Source: a virus (lineage: Duplodnaviria > Caudoviricetes). From it: 64,000 nt of DNA. Positions 20,564 through 30,200 of this stretch are shown one piece after another (the stretch's first letter is position 1; the number at the start of each line of letters is the position of its first letter). The translations under genes were made by a program, and so were the position numbers. The notes beneath the pieces were generated by a model. It had not been told where the DNA came from. It ran no database searches and was given only the letters and a program-made list of their open reading frames with translations. The stretch lies in the IMG/VR virus record IMGVR_UViG_3300020374_000001; one strand, 5' to 3'.

Positions 20564-21296
20564 TCCAATGTTCCTTTAAAAAATTTGCATTTGACTTGTG
20601 TATAGTTTTGCCAACACCTGTAAAATGTACCACTTTTATATACTTATGCACATCATCAAGTATCATATATTCAGTATCAAATTTCTTACTATAAGTTTTG
20701 TTTAAATGTAAATTTTGTTTGAAGTCATCTGTATATTTACATAACCATTGTTGTGGTGTTGTTGTTAGTTTTATATTATGTTCTTGTACTTTCCAATTAA
20801 CGTAGTTTTGTTCTCCATAATATTTTGTATGTACATCGCCATTATTGTAATAATGTAATTGCCAGTATTCAGGATTAAGTGCAAAGTCATCCCATATACT
20901 TTTTAAACTACCTGATTTAAACTTATAAAAACCACCATTAATCTTTAGTTTACTATCCCACCATTGACCATAAGTTATAATCTCATTATCTGATACAGGA
21001 TGCCCTATTAATTCATCTACGTTGCCCGTTATCACTTGGTCAATATCCATAACTATAATCTCATCTCCAGGTTTCTGATAAGCAAATTGAGGACTAAAGT
21101 ATTTTAATTTATGCCAATGTTTCTTAATATTACTTTGATGATTATAAGGTAACACAACATCTGCCTCAACATCTGTATCACTAATACATACAAACTTAAA
21201 TGGTATAGTAGAGTTTCTTTTTAAACTTCTATAAAGTTTTGAAACATAATCTGGTGTATAGAAACCATCAAAATATACGGTACATATCTTAAGCAT
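20553..21296 (-). CDS. GT-A fold glycosyltransferase (GT8-like)
   Basis: Start MLKICTVY at 21296; FVCISD, WHKLKYF, MDIDQV (DxD), GEQNY, VVHFTG. Confidence 0.8.
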   Translation of the reverse strand: MLKICTVYFDGFYTPDYVSKLYRSLKRNSTIPFKFVCISDTDVEADVVLPYNHQSNIKKHWHKLKYFSPQFAYQKPGDEIIVMDIDQVITGNVDELIGHPVSDNEIITYGQWWDSKLKINGGFYKFKSGSLKSIWDDFALNPEYWQLHYYNNGDVHTKYYGEQNYVNWKVQEHNIKLTTTPQQWLCKYTDDFKQNLHLNKTYSKKFDTEYMILDDVHKYIKVVHFTGVGKTIHKSNANFLKEHWNGD

Positions 21297-22152
21297 AATA
21301 TCTTCTCCAACATACATCAAATTTTTTATTGATTGCGTGTACAAATTTAGTTTCTTTAGGTATAAATCCTTGTCTATCAAAGAAGTAATGCCATTCATTA
21401 TCTAACCATTGTACAGGTACGTTATGTTCATTTAACTTAACACTAAACAAAGTTTCATTATCATAACCAAAAAAATCTACAATTTTTTTAGGAAATACAT
21501 CATAGTTTGTTGTTAGATTTTTCATTGTTTTAATATCATTATCAAAGTCATCAAAGTATTTTAGTTTGTTTATGTGTTCTTTATTTGCACCAATTATACC
21601 TGTATTAATTACTTTGTTTATAGGACTTAAACCTTTCTCTATTAACATTGCCTGAGCATTATAATATTTTGCTGTAGGACTTCTAATAGTTTGAGTTTGT
21701 TTAGTAATAGTTTCAATAGTATTAACTTTGTAGGTATTATCAAATACTGCAATACCTTTATCTAAATTCCAATTGTCAAAGAAGTTATCTTTAGTCAAAC
21801 AAACAACATCAAAATCTAAATAAAGTATTTCATCATAAGTTTTTGATAATTCACAAAGCAAATTTAGTTTATAAAAGTTGACTATATTATAAGTTGTAAT
21901 AAATGGATAATGTTTTTTAACTTCTTTTTCAAATTTTTGATAACGAAGATCATACTCAAACATCATAAAAGGTACACCTATTGATTCTGCATACCATTTT
22001 TTATTTGCTAATAACTTAAAGTAATTATATTTAAACTCATTTTTAGTAACAATGTTTCTAGGTATTTCGTGTTTCTTTAAAACATCTTTATCAAATATAT
22101 CTAATTCATCTTCAGGTATATCAATGTAAAAACTATAAATTATTCTTTTCAT
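21289..22152 (-). CDS. GT-A fold glycosyltransferase
   Basis: YDEILYLDFDVV (DxD), INTGII, DNETL, FVHAI. Confidence 0.75.
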   Translation of the reverse strand: MKRIIYSFYIDIPEDELDIFDKDVLKKHEIPRNIVTKNEFKYNYFKLLANKKWYAESIGVPFMMFEYDLRYQKFEKEVKKHYPFITTYNIVNFYKLNLLCELSKTYDEILYLDFDVVCLTKDNFFDNWNLDKGIAVFDNTYKVNTIETITKQTQTIRSPTAKYYNAQAMLIEKGLSPINKVINTGIIGANKEHINKLKYFDDFDNDIKTMKNLTTNYDVFPKKIVDFFGYDNETLFSVKLNEHNVPVQWLDNEWHYFFDRQGFIPKETKFVHAINKKFDVCWRRYYA

Positions 22153-22735
22153 ATTTACCTATCAATATAAATCTTGTTCCTCTATCATCAACTATTCTAT
22201 CTTCTTTAATTACTTTTGCATTATCAGGCAACTGCCATTTAAATTCTTCAATTGAAGATACACAATTAATATGACCTTCAATGTCATACATATTGTTAGA
22301 GGTAAAAGCAAAATAAGCATTCGTATCTAACTCTAATTTTTTCATAGATGGCATATGTTCACAAGAGGTATTAATTATTAAATCTGTATTTTTTATTCTA
22401 CTAGAATCAGGTGCCCAATTAAATACGTCATCACATATAAAATCTACATTTTTATAATGATTAAATAATCTGTTTTTTGCTATACTAATAACATCTTTAT
22501 CTTTATCAATTAATGTAATTCTTTTTACTTCTTTAAAAGCAGGTATTAATATACTGCCATACCATCCACCAAAGATTACTATTTCCGAATCTGTTCTTAA
22601 TATTAACTGATCTCTAATAAGTTTAATTATTTTTTCTTTTGATAAAAACTGATTAGGACTAAATGAATCTAAAAGATCACTATTGTGCCTAGATTCTGCC
22701 ATTATATTTTTAAATAATTGTAAATCTACATCCAT
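22133..22735 (-). CDS. Class I SAM-dependent methyltransferase
   Basis: IVIFGGWYG motif I, LIDKD motif II, DLIINTSCEHM. Confidence 0.8.
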   Translation of the reverse strand: MDVDLQLFKNIMAESRHNSDLLDSFSPNQFLSKEKIIKLIRDQLILRTDSEIVIFGGWYGSILIPAFKEVKRITLIDKDKDVISIAKNRLFNHYKNVDFICDDVFNWAPDSSRIKNTDLIINTSCEHMPSMKKLELDTNAYFAFTSNNMYDIEGHINCVSSIEEFKWQLPDNAKVIKEDRIVDDRGTRFILIGKYEKNNL

Positions 22736-23442
22736 TTTACTATCTCATCTATTTCAGGTTTTACATCCCATTTATCTTTACCCCATTTTTTCATATCTTG
22801 CTCTCTATATCTTTTTGCATAACCACAACTTATCATTGTTATAGGTCTTGTTTTTACCATAGTTAATCCTCTTGCGTGCCATTGTTCTGGTCTTCTTCTA
22901 AAACAAGAATTGTAAGATATATCTAAACCTTCTTCTAGTAAATAATATCCTAAATTACCTGCAAATAAACCTACCTCAACTGATACTGAATCTATTATAT
23001 GTTCAAACAAATGTTCATAACCTTGATCGTATTGATGTCCTTGTTCAATTTTTTCTTTGTACCATTTATTCGGCGTAGATACTCTACTATGTATTGTAAA
23101 TAGATATGGATTATATGCTACGTGTTCATAAAATGGATTAGGAAAATTGCCAAATTCTGGATTTTCTTTTTGTGTTGTAGTGTTAGGTAATTTTGGATCT
23201 TTTTTTGCTTCTATCTCTACAGCATCGTGGGATGCAACAACTAAACTATGTATTGCTTCTTTATGTATTTGTTTGTCAGGTCCCCAAACTAATACTTGAT
23301 ATGGTACGGCATTATTTTTTCCTGGAGTTGTTTTCCACGCTTTCCATAATGCTCTTTCTATAATATCTTTAGGTGGTATCCTATTCATATCATATTTTTT
23401 AACGTGTTTTCTTTTCTTTTCTAATGTATCAAAGTAATTCAT
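22726..23442 (-). CDS. Nitroreductase-like flavoprotein
   Basis: KRKHVKKYD, AWKTTPGKNNAVPY, EVGLFAGNL..LLEEGLDISY, ISCGY. Confidence 0.7.
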   Translation of the reverse strand: MNYFDTLEKKRKHVKKYDMNRIPPKDIIERALWKAWKTTPGKNNAVPYQVLVWGPDKQIHKEAIHSLVVASHDAVEIEAKKDPKLPNTTTQKENPEFGNFPNPFYEHVAYNPYLFTIHSRVSTPNKWYKEKIEQGHQYDQGYEHLFEHIIDSVSVEVGLFAGNLGYYLLEEGLDISYNSCFRRRPEQWHARGLTMVKTRPITMISCGYAKRYREQDMKKWGKDKWDVKPEIDEIVKWM

Positions 23443-24929
23443 TTTCTAATTATCCAATCGTTAATAACTAATAGATCAAGTGCTGTTTTATTAAATGTTC
23501 TTAATGCGTGTGAGGGTGTTTCTACAATAGGTTCGTGTTTATTAAAACTTGTATTTAATAACATAGGTATACCTGTAATAACATAAAACTCTCTTACAAG
23601 TTCATACAATTTATTATTTTGTTCTTTGTTTACCGTTTGTATTCTTGCTGTATTATCAACGTGAGTTACACCAGGTATTTTATCTGATTTAACTTTACAT
23701 ATTCTACTCATATAAGGACTAGGACTATTTGTATCAAAATATTTTTTGTAGTGTTCTTCTAATACAACAGGTGCAAATGGTCTAAAGTCTTCTCTCATTT
23801 TTATAGTATGATTGATAACATCTTTAATATCTTTTCTTCTTGGATCTGCTAATATACTTCTATTACCTAATGCTCTATTACCACTTTCTGATTTACCTTG
23901 AAACCAACCTACTATTTTTCCATCAGCAATTGCCTGTGCTACTTCTTTATAAGATGTTAATTTTTCATCTCCTACAAAATCATATTCTTTACCACCATAT
24001 GTTTCTGATTTATGTATGTTGTCATTCATTAAGTAATCAGCGTGTTGATAAACTCCTATTGCTTGACCTTCATCACCTACAGCAGGTGGTACAAAAACAT
24101 TTTTATAATGTTTTGTAAATTCTTCATTCATATAACCATTATAAGCAACACCACCTGCAATGCAAATATTATCACAAGTTTTTAATGGATAAACATATTC
24201 TTTAATTTTATCCATTGTAAATTTTTGTAAAGTAAATGCTAAATTTTCTTTTCCATATTCTAAATTAATTAGATTATGTACTTTAAGATTTTTTTCTGTT
24301 ATATCTCCTGATACCATTGTTTCAAATACATCATAATAATATTGATTATAACTACCGTATGCTGCTAAACCCATAAGTTTACTAGCACATAAAGAACCAA
24401 AACCTGTAACCCTTGACATTCTATTCCATAACCAACCTAATGGCAACTCTTTAGTTAAGTCTATTATGTTTTCATCTTTATCAATGAATATACATCTAAA
24501 CTTATAACCTAATCCGTCTATAGCAAGTATATCTGACTTCTCAAAACCTGAATTAATGAACGCATAAGTGGCGTGTGCTTGATGATGGTCTATAAAATAA
24601 AGATCATCATTGAAATAATGATCCCATAATTTTTTAGGTTTATAATCTAATACTTCTTTTGGCAATATATCTTTGCACATTTTAATCCCACCAGCAGTCA
24701 TAGAAAATGCTAGTGTTTCATTATCTCTTTTTTTAAAATATTCTTTTACATATTCATTATTCAATCTGTAATCACTTGTGTTTATCTTATCTGATTGATG
24801 AGCATATGCGTCAACGTGATAAGGCATATTATGTTTAAATCTAGTAAATCTTTCTCGTTGATTATGCCACACACCATCATATGTATTATGGTCGTGTAAG
24901 TTTAATGCAACAGCAAATATTTTAGTCAT
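23439..24929 (-). CDS. O-carbamoyltransferase (NodU/CmcH/TobZ family)
   Basis: ERFTRFKH, HHQAHA, KLMGLAAYG, AGGVAYN, GDEG, RALGNRSILADPR, REDFRPFAP, LNTSFN. Confidence 0.95.
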   Translation of the reverse strand: MTKIFAVALNLHDHNTYDGVWHNQRERFTRFKHNMPYHVDAYAHQSDKINTSDYRLNNEYVKEYFKKRDNETLAFSMTAGGIKMCKDILPKEVLDYKPKKLWDHYFNDDLYFIDHHQAHATYAFINSGFEKSDILAIDGLGYKFRCIFIDKDENIIDLTKELPLGWLWNRMSRVTGFGSLCASKLMGLAAYGSYNQYYYDVFETMVSGDITEKNLKVHNLINLEYGKENLAFTLQKFTMDKIKEYVYPLKTCDNICIAGGVAYNGYMNEEFTKHYKNVFVPPAVGDEGQAIGVYQHADYLMNDNIHKSETYGGKEYDFVGDEKLTSYKEVAQAIADGKIVGWFQGKSESGNRALGNRSILADPRRKDIKDVINHTIKMREDFRPFAPVVLEEHYKKYFDTNSPSPYMSRICKVKSDKIPGVTHVDNTARIQTVNKEQNNKLYELVREFYVITGIPMLLNTSFNKHEPIVETPSHALRTFNKTALDLLVINDWIIRK

Positions 24930-25785
24930 AGATAGGTTCCAATTCTTCTTGTAATCTTTCTGATTCAGTTATAACTTTAGCATATTTTCTCATAGGAAAA
25001 TGTCCTTTAGGTTGTACCCATTCTGTACAAGTTTCACAATACTTTTCATATTTAAATAATTGAAAGTTCATCATCTTGTCAACATTTTCTTGTGTCAATT
25101 CAAAAGTTTTAGATAGCTCTTTATTATTAGCAAATTTTTTACTACAATGTACAATGTGTTTCTTTTCAAAATCTATTACAGGTACCATAGGAAAAGCAGC
25201 ACACATCTTCCTATCTATTTCAGTTGCTTGTAGAACATCTGTAAACTCTTTTGATCTGCCATTAAATTCTTTCCACATAGTATTCTTGTGATTTAATTTT
25301 TTCATAATTTCAGGATACTTGTGATTAAATGCAAAATAATTTGGTGTCTTTACGACTACATTATAATTATTAAAATCATTTTCAGGTACAAAGTCAAAGT
25401 TACCTAACATCTTTACCTCGTCCTCGTACCAATCTAATATGTTATGTTCAACATATAATATATCCTTATCTTCTAATATATGTGGGTATCTTTTTCTTAT
25501 AAACGAATTAGATAATACTGAACAAACAAAATTAGGATACTTTTTAATTTCATTAATAACATCATCTAAATTTTTAATAAGACCTGGTTCTCCACCAAGT
25601 AAACATATTCTTATCTTATAGTTTTTAAATTTCTCTAAAGTGCTTTTAAGAAAGTCCATATCTACGGTCAGGTTTCTCATCTCTAAAGTATAACTTGTAC
25701 AATAGTGGCAGTCCTTGTTACAGGACATAGATAAAAAGAAATCTATTGCTAAATAATTATCTTGTATTTCTTGTAATGTTTTCAT
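24922..25785 (-). CDS. Radical SAM enzyme with C-terminal Cys (twitch/SPASM-like) region
   Basis: CNKDCHYC, GGEP, later C..C..CETC; probable start MKTLQ at 25785. Confidence 0.88.
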   Translation of the reverse strand: MKTLQEIQDNYLAIDFFLSMSCNKDCHYCTSYTLEMRNLTVDMDFLKSTLEKFKNYKIRICLLGGEPGLIKNLDDVINEIKKYPNFVCSVLSNSFIRKRYPHILEDKDILYVEHNILDWYEDEVKMLGNFDFVPENDFNNYNVVVKTPNYFAFNHKYPEIMKKLNHKNTMWKEFNGRSKEFTDVLQATEIDRKMCAAFPMVPVIDFEKKHIVHCSKKFANNKELSKTFELTQENVDKMMNFQLFKYEKYCETCTEWVQPKGHFPMRKYAKVITESERLQEELEPIYD

Positions 25786-27031
25786 AAAATTTGTTAAACG
25801 CAATCTTTAATTTTCTTTTATCTTTAAAAGAAACATCTTCAATATATCCTGGTGTTTGATAAGTTTTCTCTATTATATAATCGTAAATATCTTCAGTAGT
25901 TTCGTTGACTAAACTACTATCAAATATGTCATCACCTATTAATTTTTTCATACTATCTACAAACTTATTATCTTCTTGGTCTAAAAAAATAAGAATAGTA
26001 TTAATAACTTTATCTACTTCTTGTTGACTCATATATGCGTGTATAGGTAATGTCAATATACTATCGCAAACTATCTTACTAATAAATGTACTATCTTTTT
26101 TATGTTCTATATTTTTATACATAATATTTTCAGACAATGGTTTATCATAATGTACTTTTGCATTAAGTTTTTCTTTTAATCTATCTCTTACTTCTTTATT
26201 TTGTAATCTAATAACATATTTGTGATAGTTATGGTTAAGACCATTTGTTGTAGGTTGTATAGTTACATATTCTTGTAATTGTTTATCATATTGTTTTGCT
26301 ATTGCTTGTCTTTTAGATTGCCATTGTTTCATTCTTTGTAATCTAAAATTAATAAATTTAGCATTAAGTAATAACATCTTTGAGTTATATCCTAATACTT
26401 CATTGTTTCCGTGTCTTCTTAACTTCTTAAATAATTCTGCCTTATCTTTATCATCTGTTAAGATTGCCCCACCACCTGCTATACCAGCAACTACTTTATT
26501 TGCATTGAAACTTAATGTACTAATATCTCCTATTGATCCTGCCTTAACTTCATTTAAACTAGACCCTAACGATTGAGCAGCGTCTTCTATAAATGCAATA
26601 TTCTTTTCTTTACAAAAATCTATTATCTCTTTTGTATCTGACATATTGCCGAATAGATGAGGATAAACAATTGCTTTTGTTTTATCCGAGTACATTCTTT
26701 TAATACTATCTAAAGACATATGATAGTTTAATATATTAATATCACAGAATACAGGTGTTGCACCTGCCATAGATATACAAGACGCAGTTGATATCCAAGA
26801 GAAGTTAGATGTTAATACTTCATCATCTGATTTAAGATTTAAACTTATCAAAGCAAAGTGTAAAGCGTCTGTTCCATTACTACACGCAACAGCATATTTT
26901 CTACCTGTAATATCTGTAAGAGATTTTTCTAAAAACTCTACATTTTGTTCCTGATCTTGTTGCATAACATCATCAAAGAGTTTTAGATATTCTTGTTTGT
27001 TTGTTAAGTATTCTTTTTTATAACCGTTCAT
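25757..27031 (-). CDS. DegT/DnrJ/EryC1/StrS PLP-dependent sugar aminotransferase
   Basis: SNGTDAL, GATPVFCD, IEDAAQSLG, SFNANK catalytic Lys, LTLPIH. Confidence 0.95.
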   Translation of the reverse strand: MNGYKKEYLTNKQEYLKLFDDVMQQDQEQNVEFLEKSLTDITGRKYAVACSNGTDALHFALISLNLKSDDEVLTSNFSWISTASCISMAGATPVFCDINILNYHMSLDSIKRMYSDKTKAIVYPHLFGNMSDTKEIIDFCKEKNIAFIEDAAQSLGSSLNEVKAGSIGDISTLSFNANKVVAGIAGGGAILTDDKDKAELFKKLRRHGNNEVLGYNSKMLLLNAKFINFRLQRMKQWQSKRQAIAKQYDKQLQEYVTIQPTTNGLNHNYHKYVIRLQNKEVRDRLKEKLNAKVHYDKPLSENIMYKNIEHKKDSTFISKIVCDSILTLPIHAYMSQQEVDKVINTILIFLDQEDNKFVDSMKKLIGDDIFDSSLVNETTEDIYDYIIEKTYQTPGYIEDVSFKDKRKLKIAFNKFYENITRNTR

Positions 27032-27773
27032 ATATAAACTCCGCTATTATTTCTTGTCCTTTTTTATTCGGATGATGATCTAAATTAGAAATCATTGTAT
27101 CTAAATTATTATAAGGATAAACTCCTGTATGTTTTGATCTTATGCCTATTAATCTTTTTTGAAGACTATAACCTCCATATTCGTGTGATAATGGCCAACC
27201 TAAAAATTTTTTTTGATTTATTAAATCTTCGTATTCATCAATCATCTTAATAATTTTTAAATTATCTTCTTCTTCATCACCAGGATATGTGTATCTAAAA
27301 TCTGGAGGATATTTAGAATCATTATCTCTCGGTCTTAAACCATTCAACCAATCAATATAAGGAGATAACATTTGTACTTGCATATATGGTATGTTATATC
27401 TTTCACATAATATTTGAAAACTTAAATAGTTATCTAATGTTCTTCTCATCCAACTAAACACATCTCCGTCTGGATCAACTCTTTGATTTTGCCAATAACC
27501 TTTAACTTGATAATCTTTTCTTTGATTTTGTGTCCACGCAGGTATGACTAGACCAATTTTATCTTTATTAGTTCTTGTAATATATCTTAATAAAGTTGTG
27601 TAAATATATTCGTTACCCATTCCAGATTTAGCAAGATTAACAGGTTCCATATCTAGTTTCTTTGCTAAAATCTCTGGCCATTTTGGCCAAGTACAATCTA
27701 AATCTGGATGTACATCGCTATAAAAATCTTTTTCTGTATTGCTACAACCACTAACTAATAATATTTTTTTCAT
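27018..27773 (-). CDS. SGNH/GDSL-like hydrolase or acyltransferase
   Basis: GCSNT, WPEILA, NLAKSGMGN, DHHPNKKG block pattern. Confidence 0.65.
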   Translation of the reverse strand: MKKILLVSGCSNTEKDFYSDVHPDLDCTWPKWPEILAKKLDMEPVNLAKSGMGNEYIYTTLLRYITRTNKDKIGLVIPAWTQNQRKDYQVKGYWQNQRVDPDGDVFSWMRRTLDNYLSFQILCERYNIPYMQVQMLSPYIDWLNGLRPRDNDSKYPPDFRYTYPGDEEEDNLKIIKMIDEYEDLINQKKFLGWPLSHEYGGYSLQKRLIGIRSKHTGVYPYNNLDTMISNLDHHPNKKGQEIIAEFIYERL

Positions 27774-28620
27774 ATAATTTTACTAATATACTTATGTTCT
27801 TTTTATAAATCTCATTTGTGGGCATAGGTCTATTCCAATATACCATACCACCATCTTTAATATCTTTACTTCTTACGTAATTTACATTTTTACCTAACCA
27901 TTTAAACTCTAAAAACAATCTAGGTGCAGGATCAAAATTAGGTTTTGTATATACATATGTTTCAAATTTACCTAGTATATTTTCAACAGGTGCAAATAGA
28001 TTATTTAATTTAGGATTAATCCACTTTTCATTATAAGTTACAATACCGTGATCTGGATACTTGTGTATGTGTTTTTCTATTTCTTTATAATATATTTCAT
28101 TCGTACCTAAAAATAGATGTTTATATTGTATTTCATTTTTAACAGGTTTATATAAATCAAAGTTAATTATTTTTTCATATTGTATACCTTCACCGTTAGG
28201 ATAAACATCAAAGTCGCATAAGTCAAATACTTTATTTGGTTTAAAATATTCTAATGCAAGAGGATATTCTTTTGGATGATTTTCTGAATATACTGCTATA
28301 ATTTTATTATTAAATAATAGATGTAAAGATAACTTTTCATCCGTAGTATAATTCTTTATATCTTTGTATGCTAAAGTTATCATACTTCTACCTAATACTA
28401 AAGTTATATCTTCACTATTAGGTGTACAATCAAAGACAACATTTTTATAATTCTTATACTGATTTCTGATTGACTTGATATATTCTTCTTTAGTGTGTTT
28501 AGGATTAGGTATAATAACTAATTGTGTTTTGATACCTAGAGAATTTAGAGCGCAATTATGCTCATAACTATATCTCAATAAACCATCACCAGGTTTGCTC
28601 GTACATACTATATTAATCAT
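27751..28620 (-). CDS. Hypothetical protein, possibly GT-B glycosyltransferase-like
   Basis: First gene of the operon; weak DPAPRLFLEFKWLG resemblance to a GT-B donor-binding helix. Confidence 0.45.
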   Translation of the reverse strand: MINIVCTSKPGDGLLRYSYEHNCALNSLGIKTQLVIIPNPKHTKEEYIKSIRNQYKNYKNVVFDCTPNSEDITLVLGRSMITLAYKDIKNYTTDEKLSLHLLFNNKIIAVYSENHPKEYPLALEYFKPNKVFDLCDFDVYPNGEGIQYEKIINFDLYKPVKNEIQYKHLFLGTNEIYYKEIEKHIHKYPDHGIVTYNEKWINPKLNNLFAPVENILGKFETYVYTKPNFDPAPRLFLEFKWLGKNVNYVRSKDIKDGGMVYWNRPMPTNEIYKKNISILVKLYEKNIIS

Positions 28621-28625
28621 ACATT

Positions 28626-28654
28626 ATTATATCATATTTTCCATATTAAATCAA
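28626..28654 (-). promoter_or_regulatory. Sigma70-type promoter TTGATT-N17-TATAAT with extended -10
   Basis: Minus strand ttgatt taatatggaaaatatga tataat aatgt ATG. Confidence 0.8.
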
Positions 28655-28678
28655 TGCTATGACACTATTTATTAGTGT

Positions 28679-28686
28679 TATAAATA
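28679..28686 (+). promoter_or_regulatory. T4-type late promoter TATAAATA
   Basis: Exact consensus 5 nt before ATG 28692. Confidence 0.75.
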
Positions 28687-28691
28687 ACTAT

Positions 28692-28979
28692 ATGAGTTAT
28701 ATAGCAAAAGTAATATATACGAGACCAAATGCTGAGGTATCTTTACATACACCAGCGTCTGAATATACTGATTTAATTGATAATTATTTTAGTTCTGGAA
28801 AGATTACAGAAAAACCTACAAAATCTGAAGATGGATTAACCACTACTTGGACAACAACTTTTAATAATGAAGATGAGTTTAATGATTTTGTAAAAGAAGA
28901 AGTTTCAAAAACTAATTCTAGGACTAGAGAATCCCATTGCTCTGACAATTCTATTTCATATTCTTTAGAGAGTGAATAG
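28692..28979 (+). CDS. Small late hypothetical protein
   Basis: Start MSYIAKV placed after the late promoter; 95 aa. Confidence 0.7.
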   Translation: MSYIAKVIYTRPNAEVSLHTPASEYTDLIDNYFSSGKITEKPTKSEDGLTTTWTTTFNNEDEFNDFVKEEVSKTNSRTRESHCSDNSISYSLESE

Positions 28980-29502
28980 GTAAAGGTATATCATCTCTGG
29001 TAGCAGATATATTTTGAATACATAGAGGATTTTTCGGATCGCAAGTTTCATACAGATCAGGCAATAAACGATATCCTAAAGATGGATGTAATTGTCTTGT
29101 TAATCTTTCCATAGCATTTCTTTTTCTTTTAGTTTGTATAGAGAAAAAACAATCATAACCTTTATCTGTTGCCCATTGAGTTTGATAAGGTATAAAATAT
29201 TGTAGTGCTGGTTTTATAGGATTTGCAATAGATTTTGTCATAAAGTTATATCTATATTTTTGTTCAATATATAATCTATCTACAACTCTAACTAAATTGT
29301 TTCCATAATCATACACACCAGAAAAAGCAATTACTTCATCACCTTTAGTTAACTTTGTAATTATTAGATATTTGTTCCAACGCTTTTTCATTTGTTCTAC
29401 ATTATAATTTTTAGCGTTAGGGTGTTTTGATTTAGACGCTATCTCACACAAACTTAAAAACTCATCAATGTATGTTATCTCTTGTATAACGCAATTTTCC
29501 AT
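28951..29502 (-). CDS. Putative GNAT-fold acyltransferase
   Basis: EVIAFSGV..VRVVDRLYIEQKYR beta3/beta4-like pattern. Confidence 0.45.
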   Translation of the reverse strand: MENCVIQEITYIDEFLSLCEIASKSKHPNAKNYNVEQMKKRWNKYLIITKLTKGDEVIAFSGVYDYGNNLVRVVDRLYIEQKYRYNFMTKSIANPIKPALQYFIPYQTQWATDKGYDCFFSIQTKRKRNAMERLTRQLHPSLGYRLLPDLYETCDPKNPLCIQNISATRDDIPLPIHSLKNMK

Positions 29503-30200
29503 AAATGTCTTTTCTTACCACCGTTTTCTCTTTTGTGATTAGTCGCTTTGTTATTGTAGATTACAAGTTCACCTTTTTTCCATTTGTGTCTGTGTATTCT
29601 TTTTGGATCATAAAGTTTTTTCTTTATCATATTCATTTCAGGCAAATCATTATATGCTTCGCAATAATATAGATACACACCTCTACTATCGCCTTGTACT
29701 AATTCGTGTTCTACATTTCTATACTTTCTTCTAAACCATCTTCTTTCTGCTTCACTTCTAAAATGATATCCATACTCATTGTCGTGTATAAATCTATTCA
29801 TATCAAATTGTACTATATCATTTTTATGATCTCTATAATAATCAGGTATATCTTCAAGTATTCTACTATCTACAAATAATGTATCTCCTGCGCCTTCATC
29901 TATATCAACAGAATATAACGCAACATATTCAGGTGGGTGTTCAGAATAACCTTTATCAATATGCCACTCTAATTCTGTATTACCTTTTAGATTTTCTTTT
30001 GCTAATGCTCTTTCATCACTAACTATATTAACAAACATTTGGTCAAACGGATCTTGTGGTGCAGGTTTAAAAAATGTTTCTAAAAAGTTCCATATTTCAA
30101 CTTGACTACCAGGTGTATTTTCTATAACCGTTAGGTCTACATCATTTTGTAGTAAGTCAAAAACGGTTCTATTGTTCCAGTCTAGGCGTTGATGTTTCAT
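29475..30200 (-). CDS. TauD/TfdA Fe(II)/2OG dioxygenase
   Basis: WHID, GDTLFVD, HKWKKGELVIYNN..TNHKR, RHLWK. Confidence 0.9.
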   Translation of the reverse strand: MKHQRLDWNNRTVFDLLQNDVDLTVIENTPGSQVEIWNFLETFFKPAPQDPFDQMFVNIVSDERALAKENLKGNTELEWHIDKGYSEHPPEYVALYSVDIDEGAGDTLFVDSRILEDIPDYYRDHKNDIVQFDMNRFIHDNEYGYHFRSEAERRWFRRKYRNVEHELVQGDSRGVYLYYCEAYNDLPEMNMIKKKLYDPKRIHRHKWKKGELVIYNNKATNHKRENGGKKRHLWKIALYKR

